Assembly (NCBI GenBank): GCA_003427395.1
Contig: BFEA01000020.1
Span: 3,833,336 to 3,897,335, forward strand
Reading direction: 5' to 3'
DNA: 64,000 nucleotides
Origin: Chara braunii
Lineage: Eukaryota > Plantae > Charophyceae
Every line of letters starts with the position of its first letter. Position 1 is the stretch's first letter. A program made the translations under genes and the position numbers. Shown piece by piece: positions 36,738 through 48,200 of this stretch. Below the pieces are notes generated by a model, which had not been told where the DNA came from, did no database searches, and saw nothing but the letters and a program-made list of their open reading frames with translations.

Positions 36738-39006
36738 ACTTGCTATAGTTACAGGAGTTAGACTCAATTTCTGCATTTCTTGTGATAAGCTTTTTTTACT
36801 TTGTTCGATTTTTACATTTATCTAAAGTATTTTCTCATACTTGGCTTTGTATAAATCTTGGTAAGCTACTTTCCCTACGGGAAGCGCTGCCGAAATTTCT
36901 GCAAATCAAAGAGTTAGTCAAATTTCTGACTTTTCAAAGTTCAACTTGTCTAAGATTCGTATATGACTTAGTAAAAATCTGGAAACTCTCATTTTCTAAA
37001 GAGAGTGCTGCCCAAATTTTTGTTAATTCAGGGAGTTAGACAAAAATTGGAGTTTGGAAAGTCAAAGACCATTTTTGGTTTCATATTCGGACTGATATAA
37101 ATTCTAGAAAGACACTTTTCCTACAGGAATCGCTGTTGAAATTTTTTTAGTTTAAAGGAGATAGATTATATTTTGACAGGTGGCGATTCTGGCGATCCAC
37201 CCTGAATAGAGGATATTCTGCCATTAGTCTACCTTTGCTTTGGGCACTGGCTTAGAGGTAGACTTAGACTTGGTTGGCAGATAGTCGTGAGTGAGAATGT
37301 GTTTTGGAGTTCTATTCTCCAAGGGGTTATAGATTTTAGCTTGGGCATTGGCCTGTCTTATGGTACAGGTCTTTCTTGAACGCTCGATTCAGGACTTGGA
37401 CTAGCTTCAGCTCGATCCTACAAGGATCATCTTCTGTTATCACTGATAACAGGTCGGTTGCCGATTCGTCGGTTTACGATTCAACTCCAATTCACTCCTG
37501 TCACTCAACCTAAAGGCTTTAGCCTTGTGATTGAACTGTTTTGTTGTGTTTTCACCCGGACTTTATTGAATGGTCATCCAACAAAAGTACTGAGTATTTA
37601 TTTAAGAGTTGCACGAGTGAGGCTTGTATGGCTAAAGCGAGGGGTATGAGTGCTAGGAATGGTTGAAGTTGNNNNNNNNNNNNNNNNNNNNNNNNNNNNN
37701 NNNNNNNNNNNNNNNNNNNNNNNNNNNNNNNNNNNNNNNNNNNNNNNNNNNNNNNNNNNNNNNNNNNNNNNNNNNNNNNNNNNNNNNNNNNNNNNNNNNN
37801 NNNNNNNNNNNNNNNNNNNNNNNNNNNNNNNNNNNNNNNNNNNNNNNNNNNNNNNNNNNNNNNNNNNNNNNNNNNNNNNNNNNNNNNNNNNNNNNNNNNN
37901 NNNNNNNNNNNNNNNNNNNNNNNNNNNNNNNNNNNNNNNNNNNNNNNNNNNNNNNNNNNNNNNNNNNNNNNNNNNNNNNNNNNNNNNNNNNNNNNNNNNN
38001 NNNNNNNNNNNNNNNNNNNNNNNNNNNNNNNNNNNNNNNNNNNNNNNNNNNNNNNNNNNNNNNNNNNNNNNNNNNNNNNNNNNNNNNNNNNNNNNNNNNN
38101 NNNNNNNNNNNNNNNNNNNNNNNNNNNNNNNNNNNNNNNNNNNNNNNNNNNNNNNNNNNNNNNNNNNNNNNNNNNTACTCAACCCCTCTGCACAGGGTGC
38201 AGAAGAGGGTGTGGTCATCAACCGCGCATGGCGGTTGTCCAGCTTCGAGAGATTAACCCTCAAGGCGCGTGTCAGCCGACACTTGAGTGTCGAATGCAAC
38301 CCTCGCGATTAACGGGGACCGCGTGAGTATGGGTACTACGTAGTACGCCATCATTGCGACTGCTTGCGTATGCTTGCATTGCGAGTCGATATGAGTTAGC
38401 CCTCCGTTCGTGCGGTTTTATACTGAGTCTCGTGCGCGATGCCTATTCGATTTCCGCGTCGGGAAGTTATGGGACGGCTGCTGAAGGGACTAGGAGTGTT
38501 GTCGCGCTGTTCGATGTGTGTGTGTGTGTGTATTTTATTTTTTTGTGTTCGTAAAGTGGTGTGCGTGTAGTGTGTGAGATGCGTCCTAGTCGACCGACGA
38601 AGAACCACGCTTGGGACTTCAGCCCCCCAAGATTTCGGTTCGCGTGTGGGCCCGATAAGCGTATTACTGCGCGTACCCCCTATGCTACAGCGAACGAGAA
38701 ACGCCCTCGGCTGGTCCGCCTCTGCGATTGCAACCGAGTAGCTTTCGTACTGTGGACTGGTAGCTCAGCGGGGATACGCCCACCGAAGGGAGGTGACAAC
38801 TCTCGTAAGGTGGAGGTAAGTTGTGCCTCGCGTAGGCCCTATCCTGTCGTAGAGGCTCGCGAGAGGTATGGCTGACGCACTCGGCCGGAGCGGCCTAAGG
38901 AAGCTCCATTTGTGTGTTCGCGGCAAGGTTGGTCCAACTCCTGCGTGACGCGGCCGAGAGGGTCCCGCGCTGCCACGTGTGGTGCCGGACCGATGCGCCC
39001 GATAGG

Positions 39007-39025
39007 TGGCGCTGTTGCCGGGGAT
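39007..39025 (+). promoter_or_regulatory. Primer binding site, tRNA-Asp
   Basis: TGGCGCTGTTGCCGGGGAT versus the Athila-type TGGCGCCGTTGCCGGGGA, 2 nt after the LTR end. Confidence 0.88.
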
Positions 39026-40228
39026 AACGGTTGCCTACCGTTGTCCCTGGTGAAACGACATCCGGGTATTGGAATGTGAGAAATAGGCAAATTAAGAAAT
39101 TTCTTTTGACGTTCATGGTTAATCGATTGTTGGTATTGGATAGAGACCAAGTGAGGGGTGATTGTGCGAGTTGGTTCTATTCGGTGCAGTAAGGGTGCCA
39201 CGAAAAGGGTAGGCTTTGACTATGCGCCCACGTACGTTGACTACGTGCACACGTACTTCGACTATGCACTTGCGTAGTTTGACTAGTATGACGGTAGTTG
39301 GAGTTGACACCTCTTCTGACACCGATAGTTGATGGGTTTGGGCAATGAATTGCATGTTTGATACAACTAAGGTAGGATGAGGTGGCATCAGCAAAACTAA
39401 GTATGGATTGTGGGATTTGGCCGTGTAAGGTGCCCATAATGGCTAAGGGAAGTTACCCGAGCGGTCAAGGATGCAATATAGCACTTTGGTTTTAGGGTGG
39501 GGCATAGAATGAGTAAAGGAAGCCTACTGGGTTAGAAGTCGTTAAGGGACTTCGAGGAGAGTTAGGCTACGGATATTGAGAGTTTGTACGAGTATGAATT
39601 GGGATCCTGAAATTTGGGTTCTAAGTAGTTGCTCGAGTTGTATGGCCATAGAAGTATGAGGCTTGCTCCGCATGGTATGTTTGAAATTAGGCGTATAAGG
39701 CAGTAAAGACATGCAGTGAGCACCGTGGTAAGGCCGCAATAGAAAGGACTACGAGAAGTAGTAGACCTGTATGGCGCCTGATAGTGGAGGGTATATCATG
39801 TTATTTATGGTAGACCATTGCGTTGAGCCCCTTCTAGGGTTGGACCATCCACTAGAATCTATGAGTTGGAACTAAGGACCTGAGACTAATCGTCTGAGGG
39901 CATTTCTATTTAAGTTATATGTTGAACTCGGTCCTATATGCCGGATACTGTCGGAGTAAGCTTGCCTAGTGTCTGATCGTGTGAGGCTATGTACTTGGTG
40001 ATTATAGTCCTTTGATAATTATCCTTGTCAGAAATATTTATATAGGTTATGCATCTGAGGTATGCATTTGAATTATCAGTCTGTCAGGATTTATGTGAGC
40101 ATCTCGAGTCCAATTATTAACCTATGGGCGTTTATATGTGTTTGGACTGCTCCTCAAATAAGAGTAGAGATGCTAGAACGTGATTATTAGCATGGTAATG
40201 GAAGGCGCATGCTGGACGTTTGTTTGTG

Positions 40229-40834
40229 ATGGGCAGAGCCCAGACGGAACTAAGGCAACTCAGGATGCCTTACGCACGGGAAGACCCGCGTATGCTCGGG
40301 CCAATTGAGAAAGAGGGAGGGCTCGAGGTATCTTTACCTAGGCGGGTCAGAGCAGGAGAGCACCACTCTTCATGGTGGGGAATGTCGATGGGTACGGACA
40401 TCTTTGTCTGGATCGAGTCTGGGTTCGATGACGAGCAGGAGTGTGCGATTGTAAGGGTGACGCTGTACGCCTCGCCCTCATTCTGGATCGAGCATGGGAT
40501 AGAGTTGGCGCTTGGACATGGGAGCTTGCTTACTAAGCCTTTGAGGGTAGCCGAGGCAGCCGCGGCAAAGTGGGCGAGGGAAGTGTCCCGTGATGGGGAA
40601 GAGCGAGTACTAACCCGCGTAAGGGTCGAGCGCGCTGGGGAGTTCGGACTTCCATCTGCCCCGCTACGAGTAATCCTGCCTAACTTCCTCGTAGAGAAGA
40701 ACTTTGGTGGACATGCAAGAATAGAAGAGGCAACTGAAGCCGCTATGAAGGTGCGAAATTGGGAGTATGGGCACTATAAATGTGAACTGATATATGGTCT
40801 GTACTTAGACTCGAAGTTCTCGCCTTTTAGGTAG
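40229..40834 (+). CDS. Intact internal ORF of unknown function (~200 aa)
   Basis: Open frame with globular-looking composition inside an otherwise stop-rich internal region; no motif recognised. Confidence 0.45.
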   Translation: MGRAQTELRQLRMPYAREDPRMLGPIEKEGGLEVSLPRRVRAGEHHSSWWGMSMGTDIFVWIESGFDDEQECAIVRVTLYASPSFWIEHGIELALGHGSLLTKPLRVAEAAAAKWAREVSRDGEERVLTRVRVERAGEFGLPSAPLRVILPNFLVEKNFGGHARIEEATEAAMKVRNWEYGHYKCELIYGLYLDSKFSPFR

Positions 40835-41180
40835 TGGCTTAAGACTACGGCCAATATGGTTGACATATATGCCGCTTCTCATTATCTGAATGAGGGAAAT
40901 GTAGACTGGGAGGAAATCCGGGCAGCAGTGGGCCGGTAGGGATTGCCTTTTCCTCCACAAAATGCGCTTGTTTTGACTTGGCTATGGTCGTCTCTTTACC
41001 CATTACCGTAGTTATAAAGGTAAGCGTCAGGATAACCGAGGGTTGAGGCCTGATTGCATGAGTAAAAGCGTAGGTAACGTGATTTGAGTGTTCGCAGGTT
41101 GCCTTTGTCTGCCTTAACTTACTTGAATCACTTTTTGATGATTTGTTGCCCGCTACGCGTATCAGGTTGCTGTCAGCATC

Positions 41181-42395
41181 ATGGCAGAAGAAAGCGGCTT
41201 CGCCAAGGTCCTGCGTTGGAAAAATTCGTGCCAGCTGAAGGTGTTGTTGTGCGAGGCACTGCAAGAGTCAATGCCTCCAGACCTCCATGCTCTGTTGTTC
41301 CAAGGAAGAAACTTGTCTTACTTTCTGCGGGACTTTCAGGACTTTAGCCTTGCAAAGGAGTGGAACAAGAAGGCGATGTGGTGTATGTTTCCCTTGTTCG
41401 TCTGCGAGAGGCTAAGTGAGGAGGTGTATACCCTCAAGCAGGAGTCGAAAATATGGGATGAATTGGTGCATTCCTTAAGGCTAAGATTCCCAGAAGACGG
41501 AGTGGAAGGTCCACATGGGGAATGCTCCGTGCCACCAGTTGCGGGCCCACCGTCGCAGGCGGAGTTAAGTGGGTTACAAAGGCAAGTAGGGGTATTGGAG
41601 GAGAGGTTAGAATGGCTAGAAGAGGCGAGGAAGGGTAAGCGGAAGGTTTCAGAAGACTCCCCAAGTAAGCCGACTGGCCAAGGCGAAGGAGGAGTACAGA
41701 AGGGTGACCAGGAATCGCCCCTCTCGATAGGAATCCCAAAGAGGCAAGTCAGTGTTCAAGCAAGGGACAAAGGCAAGAGAGAGGATGAGATAAAGGAGGA
41801 GAATGGACCTCTCAAGTTGACAAAGGCGCAGCGGAAGGCGAGGAACCTCGCTCAGGGGGGTCAAGGTACCGAAAAGGGACAGAGTTCGCAGCAAGTAGCG
41901 GCTACCCCGCAAGAGGGAGAAGGCGAGGCAAGACCAAGGGGGCCTCCTCTGATCGAGCAAGCATTACATAGGCAGTGGACGCCGGGTAACCGAATGAACT
42001 TGTGGCCGACATACAACCCTTATATGCCTTGGGCGCAAAGCAATTATATGGGCCATTGGACGAACATGATGCCCCGTGGGCCCCCGCCAGTCCAAATCCA
42101 ACCTGTCGGACCGTTGTGGTCACCAATACAGCAAGCTTCGCAGGACAGTATGACAGGTGGAAGGGGCCAAAGGCAGGCAGTTGGAAGGGGCCGAGGAGAT
42201 GGCGGGCGTGACACTACGGGCCGAGAAGATGGCGGGCGTGGCACTACGGGCCGAGGAGATGGCGGGCGTGGCAATACGGGCCGTGGAGACGGTGGACGCA
42301 GCAATAGAGGCCGTGGGAATGACAGGCAAGGCGCTGAAGGTCGTGGCGGGAGCCAGCGAAACCATAAGTGGGGCTCAAAGAAGAAAGGGGCATGA
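41181..42395 (+). CDS. Gag-like protein with coiled coil, P/Q-rich segment and RGG-repeat tail
   Basis: FQGRNLSYFLRDF...W...WDELVHSLRLRF capsid-like N-terminus; LQRQVGVLEERLEWLEE heptads; GRGDGGRG repeats (30-bp units, ~42187-42320). Confidence 0.65.
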   Translation: MAEESGFAKVLRWKNSCQLKVLLCEALQESMPPDLHALLFQGRNLSYFLRDFQDFSLAKEWNKKAMWCMFPLFVCERLSEEVYTLKQESKIWDELVHSLRLRFPEDGVEGPHGECSVPPVAGPPSQAELSGLQRQVGVLEERLEWLEEARKGKRKVSEDSPSKPTGQGEGGVQKGDQESPLSIGIPKRQVSVQARDKGKREDEIKEENGPLKLTKAQRKARNLAQGGQGTEKGQSSQQVAATPQEGEGEARPRGPPLIEQALHRQWTPGNRMNLWPTYNPYMPWAQSNYMGHWTNMMPRGPPPVQIQPVGPLWSPIQQASQDSMTGGRGQRQAVGRGRGDGGRDTTGREDGGRGTTGRGDGGRGNTGRGDGGRSNRGRGNDRQGAEGRGGSQRNHKWGSKKKGA

Positions 42396-45211
42396 CGGTG
42401 CCGAATGAGATGGTCATGAGAGTGAGCCAAGTGATTAAGGGTGCGGCGAGGGTAGATGAGACGACTAGGGCAGAGAAAGTATAGTAGGACATAATGGGGA
42501 TTCACCCTAACTCCTGGGTTGGGAAGTTTCTGTCAGTCGCCTGCCCTGGATTTTTGGATTCGTGTTGGTAGGGGTTAGTTGTACATGTATTGATATGGAA
42601 ACTGGAGTACCAGGCTAACCATTGCGTGACCCTAACCCCATACTAATTGGTAAAGGCTAGTTGCATATTATCTGGGTCGGGGCAGACATATACTTGGGTG
42701 TGTGTATGTGCATAGGTTAGATCCAGGGAGAGGTTTCACAATAATGGTCCGGTAAAGTAACTTAGGCTGTAGATAGCTCGGCCATATAGGTGAAACCAGG
42801 GGGCAATGAGCAAGTAGGGGATTGGTTCGCCTATACGTTAGTGGGATCAAAGTTTTTTGTATAGAGAGACTAAGCTAGATATGTGCATATCTAGGGGTAG
42901 TTACGACTAGCTTGTCCATCTGTACATATGCAGATTGCAGTGCTGGACGAATCTTTGTTTTTTCTTTTGGTGCGATTTAGGTAATTGTGTCCAGATGCGT
43001 GATATGTTGGCGTGTACAGTTGGGATAGATTTGTGTGATTTTGGTCTTTGTGTATGTTTGGGTATATTTCGAGGTATTCGTGTGTTAGGGACGTGGATCA
43101 CTTGGTAGGATGGGGCAAGGAGTGATCCTGAGGGCATTGTTACGAAGTAGGGATTTGTTCCATTAAGGCCTACTGATCGAGAGAAGGAGATATGGGACCT
43201 ACTCCCTGCCTAGGCTTAGATAGACGTATAGGTGTAAGAGGTAGGAGAGATTTGAGAAGAAACCTTAGCGTAGGGGAGATAGGCCGTCTAGCCTAGGGAG
43301 GAAGTTGCAGGACTGGTGTATGGGCGACTCCTAGCCTTACTTTTCTTTGGAAATCTGGATATGTCCTGGATTACTTGGGTCCCTCGGATTGAGAAGTATG
43401 ACTACGTCGTGATCAAACTGTTTTAGCTATAGCTTTGGTCAAGGAAGCCGTATTTGTTTTTGTGTGATACCATTGATAATTTGAGCTGAAATTGTTAACT
43501 CCGAGTGTATATATGTAATTCGAGACATTTGGTTCGCGCTTGAGTTGGGGTATTGTAACCCTGTGTATATATTGAATTGAGGCCTTATCCGAGACTGTCT
43601 TTTGTATATGACGATCACAATCACTCTCACATGTGTGGACTTTATCATAATGAATGGTGATTTTGTGTGGATTTTGTGAGAATGAATGAATGTGAATTGT
43701 CTACTCTCCGGTATACTCGCGCGATCTGCCCACGGCGGGTGATAAGGCCTAGTATAAGGAGAGGGAGTGCAGTCTGTTATTGTGAAACCGTGAGGATCCT
43801 AAGGGATTTTTTTGCGAGTCTTTGAGACTCGAATACTTACCATGCCGAATGTTTTACGGTTGAGTTGCGAAAAGGGGCCCATAAGCAGACCCCTCACTTG
43901 AGTTGGTTCGTGGTTGAGTTGTGGAGAGGACCCATAAGTTGGCCTCTCAGTTTGAGTTGTTCTATGGTTGAGTTGTTCTATGATTGAGACCCTTTCAGAT
44001 TAAGGAAGGTAACAACGTTATTTATCGGAAGACTCATCCCCAAAAAGGGAGGTGTTTTAAAAAGGGTCGTGTGATAGCTCATCCTAGGAAGAGAGGGATG
44101 GTTGGGAGACCTGTTGAGAGAGACCTCCTTCATGTGAAAGGTGGTTAATGGATTTAAGGGCATGGTAAGCAGGGTTTGAGTTGATAAAGTCTGACGAAAA
44201 GGGACCACGTTTGGTTGAGATGTTTGAGAAAGTCGCAAAAGAGTGCAGGGCGAAAAACGTCTCAGGATGAGTGGCTGCTGGCTCTGATCAAGTCAGGGGT
44301 CACGGCCTTGTGGACCTAGCGGATTTTGTTTGTGATTGTGCGAAGGATGTCATGCCTTTCGTGGGAGAGTTCGTAAATGTCTTCAGACCCCTGCATAATC
44401 TCGTAGTGGGCCCGTGATTGGTTTTGCGACGCTCCGTCTAACCACTTGTGCTAGTTCTGGGACATAGTAGAGGAATACCAAGCTAAGCGGTAAAGATTAG
44501 CACCTCTAGGGCGTAACCCCAGTGGATGGCTGCTAGCCGGCGCAACCTGGCTGCGAGACCGCGGAGTAAAAGTTTAAGGAGAGTTGCCCGCCCCAAGGAA
44601 ATTACTCCGTGGGGTAGTAAAGGTTGAGAATTTTTGGGAAATCCTGACTGAATGCTTATCAGGAGAAAACCTATCGTTGCGTAACCAACGAGGGTACTGC
44701 CGCTGAAATAACAATGCGGTGGGCCGTAGTCCTGGTCCGATCAGCCAGGCTATGGTGAGCCAAGATGGAGACCTAGCCTTTCTGTACTAGACTGCAGAAA
44801 GAGCTGAGTGGATATTGAGTATACAAATATACGTATGTGTATTTGATTGCGAGAGATTCTCTGAGAACGAAGGCGAGAGTGCCTTCAAAGGTCTCGGTTA
44901 GGGCCCGCGTCCCTAGTTTTGGCCAGGACTAGGGACACCCAACGAGAAGCCGAAGGTTGTCTAGGACCGGGGAGAGGATGATTGGGAAGGTCTTTGGAAC
45001 TTATGTTGTCAGCGTCCTAATAACTGGACGGTGTGGGCCCAGGTTAGAAACCTGGCAGCATATAGTTGTGGAGGCAGGGTTTGATGGAGGCCTCTACCCT
45101 GTGTTTGTCGGCCAATCGGATTGGTTCCTCTTTCGTCAGCATCTTGGGTAATCTGATAGCTTTTCGATTTTGCGAAGCGACGGGGACGTCGCTTAATGTG
45201 GTCCGGTAAGT

Positions 45212-48200
45212 TGTCGGCGCAAATACCCTTACAAGGGTATCCGCCCTGGTTTTTGCAAGTGACAGGAAATAGTTTTAGTTTAAAGTTTAAGTATACCGCG
45301 CTTGGCGCGGCTGCGTCTGTGACTTACGTTGACTGGATGGTTGACTATAATAAGGAGTGCATGGGCGCGGGGCCGGCTACGACACGATTTGGGTAGGCCG
45401 GCATGGATACCTAGCGGCCGTGGGTTTGGGTGTAGGCGGGGACGATGCCCAGGCCGTTTTTTTAGCCTAGGCACTGCGCTGCACCACCTTATATTGGGTT
45501 TCGCGCAGGCTAACTCTAGGCTTGGGCTTAGCCCTATAGGTTACGGCCTCGGACTACTACTACGGAAGATTCGGGGATTGAGGCCAGCGGGCGACTGCGC
45601 AGCGACGGTAGTGAAGCGTCGCGGAAGGGACCAATGGGGTTGAGGGCCGCCAAGGCTATCCCCCTCGGTTTTGTTTTCGGGCGCGGCAGCGGGCCCGATC
45701 CGCGGGACTGGCGAGGCGCCAGCAGCCCCGCGGTTTTCCCGATACTATTATTATTTTACTTTATTTCCCTTTTGTGTTTTATTTATCGCGTCCCGCCCAG
45801 GGACGTGAGACGACGTGGTCAAAGTCCGAGTTCGTAATTGTGTTTGAGGAAAAAGAGGGTCGGTAACACTAATGGTATATCACCCACGTACTGGGTCCGG
45901 TGAGGTCGCGCGGGGGTGTGTTGTATTTGCAGGGTGGTATGGGGTGCAGCCGCATACTGTTTTCACGACTGTGTCGGGGTACCCCGTTATGGTATTCTGG
46001 GGATCCCCGTAGCAGCCACATNCGTGCTCGAGCCTTCAACGAGGGAACAGGCGGGGGCTGTACCCATGGGCANGGGGCGATAGGCGCTGTAATGGGCGGG
46101 TGGCACATGTCGGGGGCCGGCTGGTAGCGTCGGGCTGAGTCTTTGCGCTGGGCCGGCCACTGCGCCTCGCCTTCGGTCCCGTTCCCCTATGAANNCTGGC
46201 AGGTGGGGCGCTAAGTTAGTGATAGCAGCACTACGCAACAGGGGCGGGACGGAGTGATAGTGCAGCAGAGGAGGTGGCGGAGTAGTGNCGGGCACAAACG
46301 GGCAAGGCAGTGGGAGCNGGTGATCAGANAGGGGAAGAAGGNAAGGCGGNNCAGGGCGNAGCGGTGAGGGGGTGAGCTGAAGAAGAGATGAACCTGGCGT
46401 GAATTCGCGCCAGGTACATCCNAGGATAGGCACGGCGGAGCTGAGCATCACGGGTGAGGCNNAGTGACGGGGGCTAANGCGGTGGTGCACAGCGCTGCAG
46501 CGAAGCAGGGAGCGACGGGTAGCAACAAGGGAGAACAGCAGAGAAAAGGACGCACCCGGACGGAAGAGTGGGTAAGGTACATGCAAATGGCGAACGAGCC
46601 ATGGCGGATGAAGAGGGGAAGAATGGGTCGTGCATTCTCATTCCTCGATGNATTTCAGCGGAGTAAAAGCTGAATCCATGGTTTGAAGGGAGGGCGAAAC
46701 GAGTGGTAGTGTTAGATTTGGGGGAGAGTTGGTGTTTAGAAGGGAAGACGAAAAAGGTGGTGCGCCGGAACTATGTCGGGAGGAAGAAGGAGAAGGGGTG
46801 GGAAACGNATATCTCATGCGTTTTCGAACNGATTTCGGCGGGCAAAGAGCCGAATCCACAATTTTTGGGTGAGGCGACTTCAATGGTAAGGTCAGATCGG
46901 GGAGAATATTAGTATAGATTGAGTTAGTAGTCAGAGAGGGTGCGCCGGGATATGGGGGGAACGGAAGGGAAGAAAAGTTAGAAANGTGGACCTCGCNCGT
47001 TTCTNGGTGAAACGGGCGATTGAAGACACGTTTTTGAGGTTTCTTGGTGCTGCGAGTGTAATGGTAGCATTAGTTTTAGGAGATAGTTAGTAGATTGGGA
47101 GGTTAGATGAAAAAGAACTGCGTGAAGATATGGCGGGGATGAGGCAGGCAATGAAGATTTTTCTGTAGCCTGATTGTTCCTCAACTGATTCGGGCAAATC
47201 GATATGGATTCTGGGGATTTAAACGTCGGGCGACCCCAAATCCACAGTTAGAATAGGAGGAAAGGGGTGGTAGGGAGGACTTGTAGAGAAAGGGGGGGTG
47301 CGCCGGGGCTATGGCGGAAGAGGGGGACGACGGGGAGAAGAGTCGAGTTCCTATCCGATCCGCGACGGAATCGGGTGAAGCAAGTGTCGAGATAGGGGTT
47401 TTGGGGCGGCGTGAGCGTGATGGCGGTGTTAGAATTGGAGGTTAGTGGTTAGAGTTGGGTTACATTGGTGGGGTGCTGCATGTAAAAACGGGGGCGCGCT
47501 TTGAACAGGTAATGTATCTGTTCGTATTTTAGCCAAGGATTCATTCCCATTTCCTTTAAACTGCTAGTTGCGGCGTTGCCGTGCTCAAAGCAGTAATGGG
47601 CGCTGCTAATGTCACGATCACACAGCTCGCCGCCCACTCGGTTGGACTGCATATTTGGGCTCCTTATCACAACCTTCGCAGTGATGCTGCAGGCAAGCAG
47701 TAGAGGTGGGGACTTACTCGATATCGGGTGCGGCGATTCTATTGTCAATGGAAAGCTCGCTCTCCCCATTTTGTGTGGGGTACGACAGCTTGGGCTCCCG
47801 ACTGCATTTAGCGAAAGGCTCGCTCGATCTCGGCCATTGCCCCTGCGGGGACTTGCGGCACGCGGATAGTGTGGTTGGCCCTATTGATCGGTGCATTGCT
47901 CATCCCGTCCATAGCATGAGTCCAGCCGCGTGGCTGGAGATTTACCATCAGGGCTTGGACTGCAGTCTGTGAAGTCTGCATGAGCTTGCCTCGCTAGTGC
48001 GCCATTCGGTTCGATGGGGATGCCAGGGGAAGAGAGAAGCGATCCGTCGCGCCCTGCCGAAGGAAGTAGCGAGAAGTACGAGGCGAGATCGCAGACTGCC
48101 AGTTGGTAGGGACTGGGTTTATCCCGTTGGAATGACAAAGGGAGGGGATAACAAGTGTGCTAGATGACCAACCGGCCTAACCAGGACGCCGCTCACCGTA

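Larger units (their letters stand above)
21425..39004 (+). repeat. 5' LTR (~7.35 kb net), interrupted by the nested solo LTR
   Basis: Colinear with 45212-52373 once 26517-36741 is removed; ends GATGCGCCCGATA just before the PBS. Confidence 0.85.
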
